This document shows positions 18,062 to 27,215 of a stretch of 64,000 bases of DNA, piece after piece. The DNA is from an uncultured Muribaculaceae bacterium (GTDB lineage: Bacteria; Bacillota_I; Bacilli_A; RF39; UBA660), in NCBI GenBank assembly GCA_964458035.1, contig CAYWFZ010000002.1:484-64483 (forward strand), in the 5' to 3' direction. A program made the translations under genes and the position numbers. How positions within the stretch are numbered: position 1 is the stretch's first letter; each line of letters starts with the position of its first letter. Under the pieces are notes generated by a model. That model saw only the letters and a program-made list of their open reading frames with translations. It was not told where the DNA came from and did no database searches.

Positions 18062-18503
18062 AGACTTCTAAAGTGATAATTTCTTTATCTATTGTTTTTA
18101 ATTCATTTTCTATTTTTGATTGCATATTCTTTGCATTTAGAAAATCGACACCACGTGATTCTGTTCTCATTTTTAATAATTCGTCATTAATATGCAAGTA
18201 AACTATTAAATCAGCATCAAGTATAACAGTTCCAAAAAGTGGCATTCCTGGAACAATCTTTAACTTAGTTCTACCAAGATTATCCATAAATTCACCAATT
18301 TCTTCTGTCCAAGGATCTGAACAAACATAATCACTTTCTTCCTTAGTTAATAATGGAAATAATAACTTATCCATATCTGCTCCAATCCCCATATTTTTAA
18401 TTAAAGTTGATTTACCTGTACAAGTAGTTCCAACTACACATATTCTCTTATCCTTATTGGCATCAATTATACTCTTTAATTTTAATTCTAAATTTGTATT
18501 CAT
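18060..18503 (-). CDS. Small P-loop NTPase/kinase-like protein
   Basis: 147 aa. Walker A 'VVGTTCTGKSTL'. Size is typical of nucleoside/nucleotide kinase-like proteins. Confidence 0.5.
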   Translation of the reverse strand: MNTNLELKLKSIIDANKDKRICVVGTTCTGKSTLIKNMGIGADMDKLLFPLLTKEESDYVCSDPWTEEIGEFMDNLGRTKLKIVPGMPLFGTVILDADLIVYLHINDELLKMRTESRGVDFLNAKNMQSKIENELKTIDKEIITLEV

Positions 18504-18537
18504 CTTATCACTTCTTTCTTAAAACTTATAGGAGTTA

Positions 18538-19089
18538 TCACAATATATCTTTATAATCACTCATTTTATCTATAACAGCATCTATTTTTTTAAATTTATC
18601 TGTTTTCATCATTTCGCTTACAGACAATGCAAGATTATCATAATATACACAATCATGTTTATGAGTAAATTCACATTCCTTTAATTTCCTTTCATGTAAA
18701 ATATGACCAAGTTCAGAATTCTCATCTAAAACATAATACATTCTTGGTGGAAAAAAATCTGGTATGCTTTCTCTGATTTCTGCTAATGTAAGTGGAGATT
18801 CAAATAAAGATAAAGACTTTATTGGTACAGCACATATATCACGTGCATCAATATACTTATCTACTCTTTTTAAAGTTTCAGGATAATTCTTAAACTCATT
18901 TCTTCTTTTATCAAGTCTAATAGGTACACCTAAATACATTACACCAATTACCATTCTCTTATTTGATGATAGATAAAGATAAGCTTTAGTTTCTTCAGAA
19001 CAAAACCTTTTACGATATTCATACTTTTTCATTCCATATAAGATAGGTTTAAAATACTCCGGTTTAAAACTTAAAAATATTTCTTTCAT
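18538..19089 (-). CDS. ASCH/PUA-like domain protein
   Basis: 183 aa. N-terminus 'IFLSFKPEYFKPILYGMKKYEYRKRF...AYLYLSS...VIGVMYLG' follows the ASCH beta-barrel pattern. Confidence 0.45.
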   Translation of the reverse strand: MKEIFLSFKPEYFKPILYGMKKYEYRKRFCSEETKAYLYLSSNKRMVIGVMYLGVPIRLDKRRNEFKNYPETLKRVDKYIDARDICAVPIKSLSLFESPLTLAEIRESIPDFFPPRMYYVLDENSELGHILHERKLKECEFTHKHDCVYYDNLALSVSEMMKTDKFKKIDAVIDKMSDYKDIL

Positions 19090-19102
19090 TTCTTCCCCTT
19101 TA

Positions 19103-19852
19103 TTATTTATGCATACATATTTTCTTTAATGGACATGCATCACAATTTTTATTTGTACAAAAATCCACTCCAATTGTCCATAAATATTGATCTACGAGTG
19201 ATGGATTAACACCCATATTTTTAGATGCTTTAACCCATACATCACTTAACTCTTTTATTTTTGTTTCTGATAAATCTGACTCATTAACTACACCTAATAA
19301 ATAGCTTATTTCTATATCGTGTCTATCAATTGGAATATCACTAATTGTATACTTACCCACTGCATCTGCTATAAGTCTTTTTAAAAGTCCACCAGTTTTT
19401 TGTCCAAAAGATTTAGTAGAATCAACAAAGTCACTTAACTCATCATAACTTTCAATATTATTAATATGAGTCTTTATATCACTTTCTTTAGCTAAAAACT
19501 CACTAAGTTTCAACCATTTAGTTTTAGCAACCCTAGGATACCTCACATGTATACTATTTCTTATAATGTCATCAAGCATATCTGGATTTTTTAAAACATA
19601 ACTAGGATTAAATATATTTGGGAATTTTTTATATGTCTTAATTAGATTATCATGATAATAGCTTGACTTCATTCCATAATCTAACATACACGAGTAAAAG
19701 ACATAAATAAAGTATTCTTTACTTCCATACTTTATAGTGTCTGGGTATGTTACTAAAGCCTTTGATAATTCATTCTTAAAATAATCTTTAAATATTTCTA
19801 TTGCTAACTCTGCTTTATCTAAATTATAGAAAACATCACTCTTTATAATCAT
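19103..19852 (-). CDS. HhH-GPD superfamily DNA glycosylase-like protein with a C-terminal Cys cluster
   Basis: 249 aa. 'FGQKTGGLLKRLIADAVG...IPIDRHDIEISYLLGV' parallels EndoIII 'GVGRKTANVVL...VDTHVFRV.NRLG'. The C-terminus 'CTNKNCDACPLKKIC' resembles an EndoIII-type 4Fe-4S loop. Confidence 0.55.
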   Translation of the reverse strand: MIIKSDVFYNLDKAELAIEIFKDYFKNELSKALVTYPDTIKYGSKEYFIYVFYSCMLDYGMKSSYYHDNLIKTYKKFPNIFNPSYVLKNPDMLDDIIRNSIHVRYPRVAKTKWLKLSEFLAKESDIKTHINNIESYDELSDFVDSTKSFGQKTGGLLKRLIADAVGKYTISDIPIDRHDIEISYLLGVVNESDLSETKIKELSDVWVKASKNMGVNPSLVDQYLWTIGVDFCTNKNCDACPLKKICMHK

Positions 19853-20228
19853 AGTCCCACAAACTTAACTTTCCGTTAATAGGTATTGGTTCAATTTGTT
19901 TTACATCTTCAATTTTAAAACCATAACCTACCCATTCTCTATCATTTATAACACTTGAATAAACTAAACTATTTTCCTCTTTTAACATATCTCTTGCTTC
20001 ATCATCTATAAGTACACAATCAGTTATTTTAGCTTTTGCTATTATCGCCCCACTTGGATATTCTAAATTATAACATTTATATTTTTCCATAGCTTTTTTA
20101 TTAACACCTTTACCAGCATGAATCAGTATCTCTCCTCTATACTTTGTTTTCCAAGTTCTAAACTCATAACACTTAATTCCTGCAGCTATTAAAGATGCAA
20201 AAGGTTGTTTTATAGTTATTACCTTCAT
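19836..20228 (-). CDS. ASCH domain protein
   Basis: 130 aa. 'MKVITIKQPFASLIAAGIKCYEFRTWKTKYRGEILIHAGK' is a classic ASCH N-terminus. Overlaps the glycosylase-like gene by 17 nt. Confidence 0.75.
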   Translation of the reverse strand: MKVITIKQPFASLIAAGIKCYEFRTWKTKYRGEILIHAGKGVNKKAMEKYKCYNLEYPSGAIIAKAKITDCVLIDDEARDMLKEENSLVYSSVINDREWVGYGFKIEDVKQIEPIPINGKLSLWDYDYKE

Positions 20229-20319
20229 GACTTCACCTCATAAATATATTTTAGCATGATTTATCTATACAATAAAGTTTGTTTTTGATACAATATAAAA
20301 CTAAAGAAACGGGATATTT

Positions 20320-21048
20320 ATGATACTACATAATAATTTAAACAATAAAAATATAAAACATATATTCTTAGATATCGATGGAACTTTAACAAGATGGATA
20401 AATGTTGAAGTCTTCTTAAAAAAATCTTGTGAAGCTATTGGTTTACCATATAAAAGTGAATTTTTAAGTATGCTATTTAAAGCTATGAAAATGAATGAAC
20501 TTGAAGCAATTATATCTGGTAGACTTGATGAAAGAGAATATGAACTTTTTCTAGCAACATATATAGATGACTTAGGTTTATATAAACTTAAAGGAAAAGA
20601 CTTAAAGAACAAAATGTTTGAACTTGAAGCAAAAGAGACATTTATCATGAGTGATGTTATCCCAACACTTCAAGAGTTAAAGAAAGAATATCTTCTTTAT
20701 TGCTATACAAATTGGTATTATCGCCAAGCATGTAAAAAACTAGATTACCACAATATTGGTGGGTATTTTGAAAGTATTTATGCAGCTGATAGATTCTATT
20801 TAAAATTTACTAAAGTTGGATTTGATTATATTTTAAGAAAGCTACATGCAAATCCTGATGAAATAGTGATGATTGGCGATGCCGAATCAGATATTAATCC
20901 ACCAGCTAAACTAGGTATTAAGACAATTTATCTAAATTATGACTTAATCCCAGAATGCATTAGTGAACAAGAAAGAAGAATAATAGATGTATCTTCTGCA
21001 AGTATAACAGAGTTCTCTGACATTGCAAAAATACTTGCAAGAAAATAA
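20320..21048 (+). CDS. HAD-superfamily hydrolase
   Basis: 242 aa. 'IFLDIDGTLT' motif I and 'IGDAESDI' motif IV. Confidence 0.75.
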   Translation: MILHNNLNNKNIKHIFLDIDGTLTRWINVEVFLKKSCEAIGLPYKSEFLSMLFKAMKMNELEAIISGRLDEREYELFLATYIDDLGLYKLKGKDLKNKMFELEAKETFIMSDVIPTLQELKKEYLLYCYTNWYYRQACKKLDYHNIGGYFESIYAADRFYLKFTKVGFDYILRKLHANPDEIVMIGDAESDINPPAKLGIKTIYLNYDLIPECISEQERRIIDVSSASITEFSDIAKILARK

Positions 21049-21081
21049 CAACCTCATGATATAATTAAGTAAGGTGATAAC

Positions 21082-21660
21082 ATGGAGAAATCTGTTTATA
21101 GTAATGGTCTTTTTGAATTTGTAGAAACAGAAGAAGAACATTTAGTAAATAATAATAAAACAACACTTAAAAGAACTTTTGTTAGACGTTCTCCTGGAAT
21201 AAGAGCGCTTATAATTAATAAAGATGATAATAAAAAAATTCTTTTATCAAAAGAATTTAGATATGAACTAGATAAATGGGATTATCGTCTTCCTGGAGGA
21301 AAAGTATTTGATTCACTTGAAGATTATAAAAAATCTCTAGAAAAAGGCGACATTTTAAACCACGTTGAAGAAACTGTACCAAAAGAAGTGCTAGAAGAAG
21401 TTGGAATAATAGTTAAAGATAAAAAACTCATAAAAGTATCTCATGCTGGTTCTTCAGTTGTATGGGATTTATATTATTATGAAATAAATGATTATGAAAT
21501 TTCTTATGATGGTCCCAAATTAGAAGAAAATGAATTTGTTGATGGATATGTTTGGAAGACATATGATGAAATAATTGAAATGTGCACTAAACATGAAATT
21601 AATGAAGATCGTACAGTTGGTGTACTTCTAAGTTACATACTAAATAAGAAGGATATTTAA
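21082..21660 (+). CDS. NUDIX hydrolase (atypical, expanded Nudix box)
   Basis: 192 aa. 'LPGGKVFDS...(insertion)...VPKEVLEEVGI'. Confidence 0.6.
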   Translation: MEKSVYSNGLFEFVETEEEHLVNNNKTTLKRTFVRRSPGIRALIINKDDNKKILLSKEFRYELDKWDYRLPGGKVFDSLEDYKKSLEKGDILNHVEETVPKEVLEEVGIIVKDKKLIKVSHAGSSVVWDLYYYEINDYEISYDGPKLEENEFVDGYVWKTYDEIIEMCTKHEINEDRTVGVLLSYILNKKDI

Positions 21661-22115
21661 TCCTTCTTTATTTTTAACCAAGTATTCATTCCTTTTTTCG
21701 TAACATGAAATGGTTTTATTTTAACAAGCTCACCAATAAATATTAAAGTAGCATATTTAGATTCTCTCTTCTCTTGCCAAAAAATATCATCAACACATAA
21801 GAATTCATTATAATCATGTTTTATTTTTTCTATATCATAATTATCTAAATCAAAGAACGTAACATCTTTTATTTTAAAGTATGCTAACACTCCTCCACCA
21901 GACTTTTTAACAAACACTATATCATCTTTCGTAATACTTCTATATGGAAGTATTTTCTTTTTGCTAAATCTCGATTCTATTGTTTTCTTTCCCTCAAGCA
22001 TGTAGGTTAAACATGGTTCTGAAAATACTCCTAAATGTAAACAACTAGTTTTAATTAGTTCTAGTTCTGCTTTGGATACTTGCATCTTTATACCATCAAT
22101 TATTTCATTATACAT
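21657..22115 (-). CDS. ASCH domain protein
   Basis: 152 aa. 'LEGKKTIESRFSKKKILPYRSITKDDIVFVKKSGGGVLAYFKIKDV'. Its stop overlaps the convergent Nudix stop within TTAA (21657-21660). Confidence 0.55.
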   Translation of the reverse strand: MYNEIIDGIKMQVSKAELELIKTSCLHLGVFSEPCLTYMLEGKKTIESRFSKKKILPYRSITKDDIVFVKKSGGGVLAYFKIKDVTFFDLDNYDIEKIKHDYNEFLCVDDIFWQEKRESKYATLIFIGELVKIKPFHVTKKGMNTWLKIKKD

Positions 22116-22119
22116 ATAT

Positions 22120-23013
22120 TCATTTCCTTCTCTTAATTACATCATCATCTTCAAGTTCCCCAATTAATAAAGAAGAAGCTGGATTATGATTTTTCATATT
22201 TTTAGAAACTAATGTTTCATCAAAATTAGCATAGCAGTACTTACAAAAGTGACTGCAAGTATTATAAACACCAATATCAACCATCTCAACACAATAACAC
22301 TTGTTTTCCTTTCTTGTCTTCTGTCTTTTAAACTTTTTACCAGTAAGAAAGTAAGCTAATTCAGATGACATACATTCTCCTTTAATAAATCCGTATTCGA
22401 CTAATGTTTCATCTTCAAAACAAGTTTGAACAGTCATTCCGTGACACTCAGCAGCTTTTGAAAAAGACTCACCAATTTCCTTAAAATCATCAGACGTAAA
22501 TTTTCTAAAGTTAAGATACTTCATATTCTTTCTCACATTTTTATAGTCATCTATAAAAGAGACAATTATATGTTTAACATAACCATCAAGTAATTCAGTT
22601 ATTTTGTTTATTGCTTTCTTATGATAGTCTAAAGTATATACATCACTTATAAATATTGGATCATATCTTAGATAGACATTTTCAGGACCAATTAAATCAG
22701 ATATTTTCTTTATTGCATCAATTATCTCATTTTTATCTGGTAATCCGGGCTCAATATCTTTTCTATAAGGTGTTAAAGTCACATGAAATATAATTGGCTT
22801 GTTAATAAGCATAAGTTTATCAACAATTGGTATGGGATTTTTTGTACAAAATAGAATCGCATCGACATCTTCAAAATAAATTCTACTTACTAAGTGTCTA
22901 TTAAAAGGATTTCTAACATCAATAAAACCTTCTTCGTACCTACCCATAAACCAAGGAGTAAAGTGAGCAACTATATCGCATCTTCCACTAACAAAAAGAA
23001 TCATAAGCACCAC
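22120..23013 (-). CDS. DUF1848 family protein (radical-SAM-like C-terminal Cys triad)
   Basis: 297 aa. 'IVAHFTPWFMGRYEEGFIDVRNPFNRHLVSRI' matches the DUF1848 N-terminus as I remember it. 'YNTCSHFCKYCYANF' is a CxxxCxxC motif. Confidence 0.6.
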   Translation of the reverse strand: MVLMILFVSGRCDIVAHFTPWFMGRYEEGFIDVRNPFNRHLVSRIYFEDVDAILFCTKNPIPIVDKLMLINKPIIFHVTLTPYRKDIEPGLPDKNEIIDAIKKISDLIGPENVYLRYDPIFISDVYTLDYHKKAINKITELLDGYVKHIIVSFIDDYKNVRKNMKYLNFRKFTSDDFKEIGESFSKAAECHGMTVQTCFEDETLVEYGFIKGECMSSELAYFLTGKKFKRQKTRKENKCYCVEMVDIGVYNTCSHFCKYCYANFDETLVSKNMKNHNPASSLLIGELEDDDVIKRRK

Positions 23014-23050
23014 CTACAATTATTATAGATGTATTGCTTATGATTGTAAA

Positions 23051-24397
23051 TTATTTACTTTCTTGAAAACTTAATAATTTATAATATTTCCAAGCTAAGT
23101 CACGTAATACTAATTTATTTATATAATCTTCTGTTATTACTCCATTTTGTATACCATTCTTTATTTGTTTAAAGGCATTTTCATAATCTGTTACAATGAG
23201 TAAATCATTGCCAGCAAGAAGTGCATCGACATATCTATTGCTAACAGAAGTTGTTGCTCCCATATCCAAGTCATCTGTCATAATTACACCCGTAAATCCT
23301 AAGTTTGATCTTAAAAGATTATGAACTGGTCCAGATAAACTTGCAGGATTTGCATCAATACTTGAGAATGTATTATGACTAACTAAAACTGCTTCAGCAC
23401 CTGCTTCAATTCCAGCTTTAAAAGGCATTATATTATTATTAACTATCTCATCATATGTGGTTGTGTCGGTTGATCCCGAAGTATGCGTATCTTTATTTTC
23501 TCCATATCCTGGAAAATGTTTTAATACATATGAAACATCTGTTCCTTTAGAGGCATATATAACTGTATCAGCATATTTACTTGTTATATCTACTCCATAA
23601 CCAATTGTTCTATTATATATGTAAGAGTTAGTATCAGTAGACATATCAACAACAGGAGCTAAATTAACATTTATATGTAAGGAAGATAATAGCTTACTTT
23701 TATCCTTAGTATCTGCCATTATGGCGTCCCATCCACCATTATCATATATTTCTTTAGAACTCTTATATGGTTCATCTCTCAAATTAGGATTAGTACTAAT
23801 TCTATTTACCTTTCCTCCCTCTTCATCTACTGCTGTTAAGAGTGGTATTTTACTATTCTTATTTAAAGAATCAACCATATCTATTACTGCTTCTTTTGCT
23901 TTATCTTTAAAATCTTTCTCAAAGAACACATATCCTCCAACTTTATAGTTACTTGCGTCCCCTCCGGGATATCTAATAAGTAAGAGTTGACCTATCTTTT
24001 CATCTAAACTTAGACTCATAAGCGTATTATAAGCTTGAGTATAAAATTTAGAAAATATTCCATTATCATTCCACTTACTTAAATCATTGGCTTCAGCATT
24101 TACAAGTTTTTCTGCACTTACAATATTAACATCCAAATTACTTGCATTCTTGTTTAGTACTCCAGTATATTCTAAAATAACTTGATCTCCAATATTTAAA
24201 TCATCATTACTTTTAAAAGTATAGATAAAATCATCCATATCTTTAAATACCATAAAATCATCTTGCTTTGATATAACAGTACCCGTTATTTTACCATAAT
24301 TAGACTTTTCTAACTTCTGTACTTTTATTACAATTATAATGAGTAATAAAAGTGCAGCAATAACACCAAGAATGGGAATTATTTTTTTCTTCATCAT
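23051..24397 (-). CDS. Membrane-anchored glycoside hydrolase family 3 (beta-N-acetylhexosaminidase-like)
   Basis: 448 aa. N-terminal TM, 'GQLLLIR', 'AVDEEGGKVNR', 'KHFPGYG' and 'MTDDLDM'. Confidence 0.8.
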   Translation of the reverse strand: MMKKKIIPILGVIAALLLLIIIVIKVQKLEKSNYGKITGTVISKQDDFMVFKDMDDFIYTFKSNDDLNIGDQVILEYTGVLNKNASNLDVNIVSAEKLVNAEANDLSKWNDNGIFSKFYTQAYNTLMSLSLDEKIGQLLLIRYPGGDASNYKVGGYVFFEKDFKDKAKEAVIDMVDSLNKNSKIPLLTAVDEEGGKVNRISTNPNLRDEPYKSSKEIYDNGGWDAIMADTKDKSKLLSSLHINVNLAPVVDMSTDTNSYIYNRTIGYGVDITSKYADTVIYASKGTDVSYVLKHFPGYGENKDTHTSGSTDTTTYDEIVNNNIMPFKAGIEAGAEAVLVSHNTFSSIDANPASLSGPVHNLLRSNLGFTGVIMTDDLDMGATTSVSNRYVDALLAGNDLLIVTDYENAFKQIKNGIQNGVITEDYINKLVLRDLAWKYYKLLSFQESK

Positions 24398-24459
24398 CCA
24401 TCACCTATTTAATATTATTCACTTACTTTTTATATATGAAAAGAAAAAGATAGAATTAT

Positions 24460-24927
24460 CTATCTTCTAGGAAAACGTGCTTGCCTCATCGCTTCATCTA
24501 TTTTGGCATTATGATTTGCCATAATTTCTCTAAATTCATCACCCTTAACATGAAAATTAACATTTACTCTCGAGTTATGTCCATTAAACACATAAATTCC
24601 ATCGCGGGATTTTGTTGGATGATCTTTTATACAAGCATACTCTCCAACACCATAATCATCACTTGGTAAGAATTTTTCAAGTAACGCATCACTTATCTCT
24701 CGTGTAATAAGATCAGCATAGACATAAGAAATACCCATATCGAATCCACGTCCAAATACTTCTCTTCCACTTTGCATAATAGTAATATCAACAACCATTC
24801 TATTATTGCTGGAAGAAAAATCCATTGTACCATAGATTGTATCTTCATCTTGCATAAACTTTTCCAAATATTCAACCATTACAGCTGAATTTTTTTTAGC
24901 AACTTCTAAGGCTTGTTCTCTTTTCAT
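24460..24927 (-). CDS. Hypothetical cytoplasmic protein (candidate nuclease inhibitor/immunity)
   Basis: 155 aa with no signal peptide. Its start overlaps the nuclease stop by 4 nt (ATGA). Confidence 0.35.
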   Translation of the reverse strand: MKREQALEVAKKNSAVMVEYLEKFMQDEDTIYGTMDFSSSNNRMVVDITIMQSGREVFGRGFDMGISYVYADLITREISDALLEKFLPSDDYGVGEYACIKDHPTKSRDGIYVFNGHNSRVNVNFHVKGDEFREIMANHNAKIDEAMRQARFPRR

Positions 24928-25640
24928 GCCTCTTCACTCTCCCCTGTTTTATAATCAATTTTTACACCATCTTGCACATTATAAATATATATATTAAACT
25001 TAATACCTTCACCATTATCTTCAATAGACTTAGCTTCCATATTTATACCACTAGCAAGCAAATCATCATCTTTATATACTGGCGTAACTCGATAAAGTAC
25101 ATGATTATTAGTCTCTTTTATATATTTAGCAACCATATTTTCATATTCAAGCATTATTCCTGTATTGGCATTTCTTGTACAAGTTATTAAGTTCTTTTCA
25201 TTGGCATTTTCACCAGTAAGTTGGTATCCAATTAAATGACATCTATTATATAGATACTTTCCACTTATAAAATCATACTTTACTGTATGCCATCCACTCG
25301 GTTTAACAGAGCCAATCTCTCCTCTTTCCTCAGTTGGCATTAAATCAACACCAATTGAGGCCATCGCGATACCAGCTCTACCTAGAGAATCAAGGTCACT
25401 ATAGAATTCATAAGATCTTGTAACTAAATCATCTTCTAAAAACTCAGGTTCATTATTATTTATTACAACATAATTGTTTGTTCCATCATATGGTGCAACT
25501 GACTGAATAGATTCCGAATAGATAATTGGTTTTTCATTATTATCTTCTTTATAGACGCTATTGTATACTAAAACACATACTGCACAAACAAAGACAAAAG
25601 CTAAGCTCCCGCTTTTCTTCTTCATCTTAATAAGAGTCAA
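24924..25640 (-). CDS. Secreted DNA/RNA non-specific endonuclease (Endonuclease_NS_2-like)
   Basis: 238 aa. Signal/anchor 'SLAFVFVCAVCVLV'. 'SLGRAG...GWHTVKY...YNRCHLIGYQLTGENANEKNLITCTRNAN' is the pattern of Gram-positive secreted nucleases. Confidence 0.65.
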   Translation of the reverse strand: MTLIKMKKKSGSLAFVFVCAVCVLVYNSVYKEDNNEKPIIYSESIQSVAPYDGTNNYVVINNNEPEFLEDDLVTRSYEFYSDLDSLGRAGIAMASIGVDLMPTEERGEIGSVKPSGWHTVKYDFISGKYLYNRCHLIGYQLTGENANEKNLITCTRNANTGIMLEYENMVAKYIKETNNHVLYRVTPVYKDDDLLASGINMEAKSIEDNGEGIKFNIYIYNVQDGVKIDYKTGESEEA

Positions 25641-26160
25641 CGCTTTCTACTTCATAACTTCTTACACTAGATGCATAGTCACCACAGAAACTAACTGTTT
25701 GTTTCCATTTATCATATTTATCTAAATTTCCAATATATAAAACTTCACTACCAACAACATAACCATCTCCATCTATAAATGAGTATGTTACATTAATTGA
25801 ATCACTTAAAAAATCTGCTTTTTTATATTTATCTCTATCAGTTAATAAAACTTTAGTTGATAAAACATAACAGTTATCTTTTTCATCATATCTACTATCT
25901 TCAACAGTTACTCGAATTCCTGCATTATCAAGCTCTACTGTATTCTCATCAATCTTAGTAAATTCAGTTTGCTCTGATGCCATAAATAATACAACTACCA
26001 TAAATGCAATTGGCACAATAACTGTAAGTGCTACAACTACGACAGCAGCGATTATTAAAGCAGCTATAAGTCCTCTATTAGTTTTTTTAGGTACATAAGC
26101 ACTTTCTTGTTTTACTTCACTTACTACCTCTTCTTGTTCTTGTTTTTTTGTTCTTGCCAT
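25627..26160 (-). CDS. Membrane-anchored protein, unknown function
   Basis: 177 aa. Charged N-terminus, a single TM 'LIAALIIAAVVVVALTVIVPIAFMVVVLFMA' and an external domain. Overlaps the nuclease gene start by 14 nt. Confidence 0.5.
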   Translation of the reverse strand: MARTKKQEQEEVVSEVKQESAYVPKKTNRGLIAALIIAAVVVVALTVIVPIAFMVVVLFMASEQTEFTKIDENTVELDNAGIRVTVEDSRYDEKDNCYVLSTKVLLTDRDKYKKADFLSDSINVTYSFIDGDGYVVGSEVLYIGNLDKYDKWKQTVSFCGDYASSVRSYEVESVDSY

Positions 26161-26238
26161 AAATTTCCACCTCTTAATAATATTTTAGATTTATTTAATA
26201 AAAAATACAAGTAAAGTGTAAAGAATATGCTTATAAAT

Positions 26239-26267
26239 ATTCACTTCTTAACATATTATGATATATT
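26239..26267 (+). promoter_or_regulatory. Candidate promoter of ldh
   Basis: Extended -10 TGaTATATT (26259-26267). The -35 is poor (ATTCAC, 26239-26244). Confidence 0.35.
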
Positions 26268-26283
26268 AAAATTAGGTGATAAT

Positions 26284-27192
26284 ATGAAAAATAAAGTTGT
26301 TATAATCGGATGTGGAAATGTAGGTATGTCTTACGCCTATGCTTTAGTTAATCAAACTACATATGTTGACGAATTAGTTCTAATTGATATTAATAAAGAA
26401 AGAATTATTGGTGAAGTAGATGATTTATGTCATTGCCTTCCTTACTGTCCAAGCAAAATAAACATCAAAGCTGGTGACTATGAGGATTGCAAAGATGCGA
26501 GAATTGTCGTAATAGCCGCTGGAGCTAATCAAGCACCGGGCGAAACAAGAATGGATCTTATCAATAAAAATAGTAGTATATTTAAAGATATTGTATCTAA
26601 AGTAATGGCATCACACTTTAATGGAATATTTGTTGTAGCAACAAATCCCTTAGATGTAATGACTTATCTTACACTTAAGTATTCAGGATTACCTAAATCA
26701 CAAGTAATTGGTTCTGGTACAACTCTAGATACAGCAAGATTAAGATATATGATAAGTGAGCACGTTAACATATGTCCTAAAAACATTGAAGCATATGTAA
26801 TTGGCGAACATGGAGATTCAGAATTTGTTCCATGGAGTAATGCTACAATTGGTCTAACAAGCATAAATGATTTTTTAACAAAAGAAGAAATGGAAAAAAT
26901 TGAAAAAGATGTAAGAGAATCAGCTTATAAAATAATAAAAAGAAAGGGTGCAACATACTATGGAATTGGTGCTTCCCTTGTAAGAATTACTAATGCAATA
27001 TTAGAAGATAAAAACATTATTCTTTCTGTTTCCGCTTATGATGAAGAAAATGATGTTTGTATATCTACTCCAGCAGTAGTAGGAGCATCGGGCGTTAAGA
27101 AAAAAATATTCATACCATTGTCAAGTGAAGAAACAAAAAAATTAGAAAACTCAATATCAGTAATTAAAAACGCGATAAACTCAATAAAATAA
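26284..27192 (+). CDS. ldh: L-lactate dehydrogenase
   Basis: Track ORF trimmed to the ATG at 26284, which has an AGGTGA RBS. 'KVVIIGCGNVGMSYAYAL', 'GANQAPGETRMDL', 'GSGTTLDTARLRY' and 'IGEHGDSEFVPWS' are canonical L-LDH motifs. Confidence 0.9.
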   Translation: MKNKVVIIGCGNVGMSYAYALVNQTTYVDELVLIDINKERIIGEVDDLCHCLPYCPSKINIKAGDYEDCKDARIVVIAAGANQAPGETRMDLINKNSSIFKDIVSKVMASHFNGIFVVATNPLDVMTYLTLKYSGLPKSQVIGSGTTLDTARLRYMISEHVNICPKNIEAYVIGEHGDSEFVPWSNATIGLTSINDFLTKEEMEKIEKDVRESAYKIIKRKGATYYGIGASLVRITNAILEDKNIILSVSAYDEENDVCISTPAVVGASGVKKKIFIPLSSEETKKLENSISVIKNAINSIK

Positions 27193-27215
27193 AGTACACA
27201 CAAGTGTACTTTTTA
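27191..27215. terminator. Bidirectional terminator between ldh and the convergent histidine kinase gene
   Basis: AAAGTACAC (27191-27199) / GTGTACTTT (27204-27212), flanked by A- and T-runs. Confidence 0.7.
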
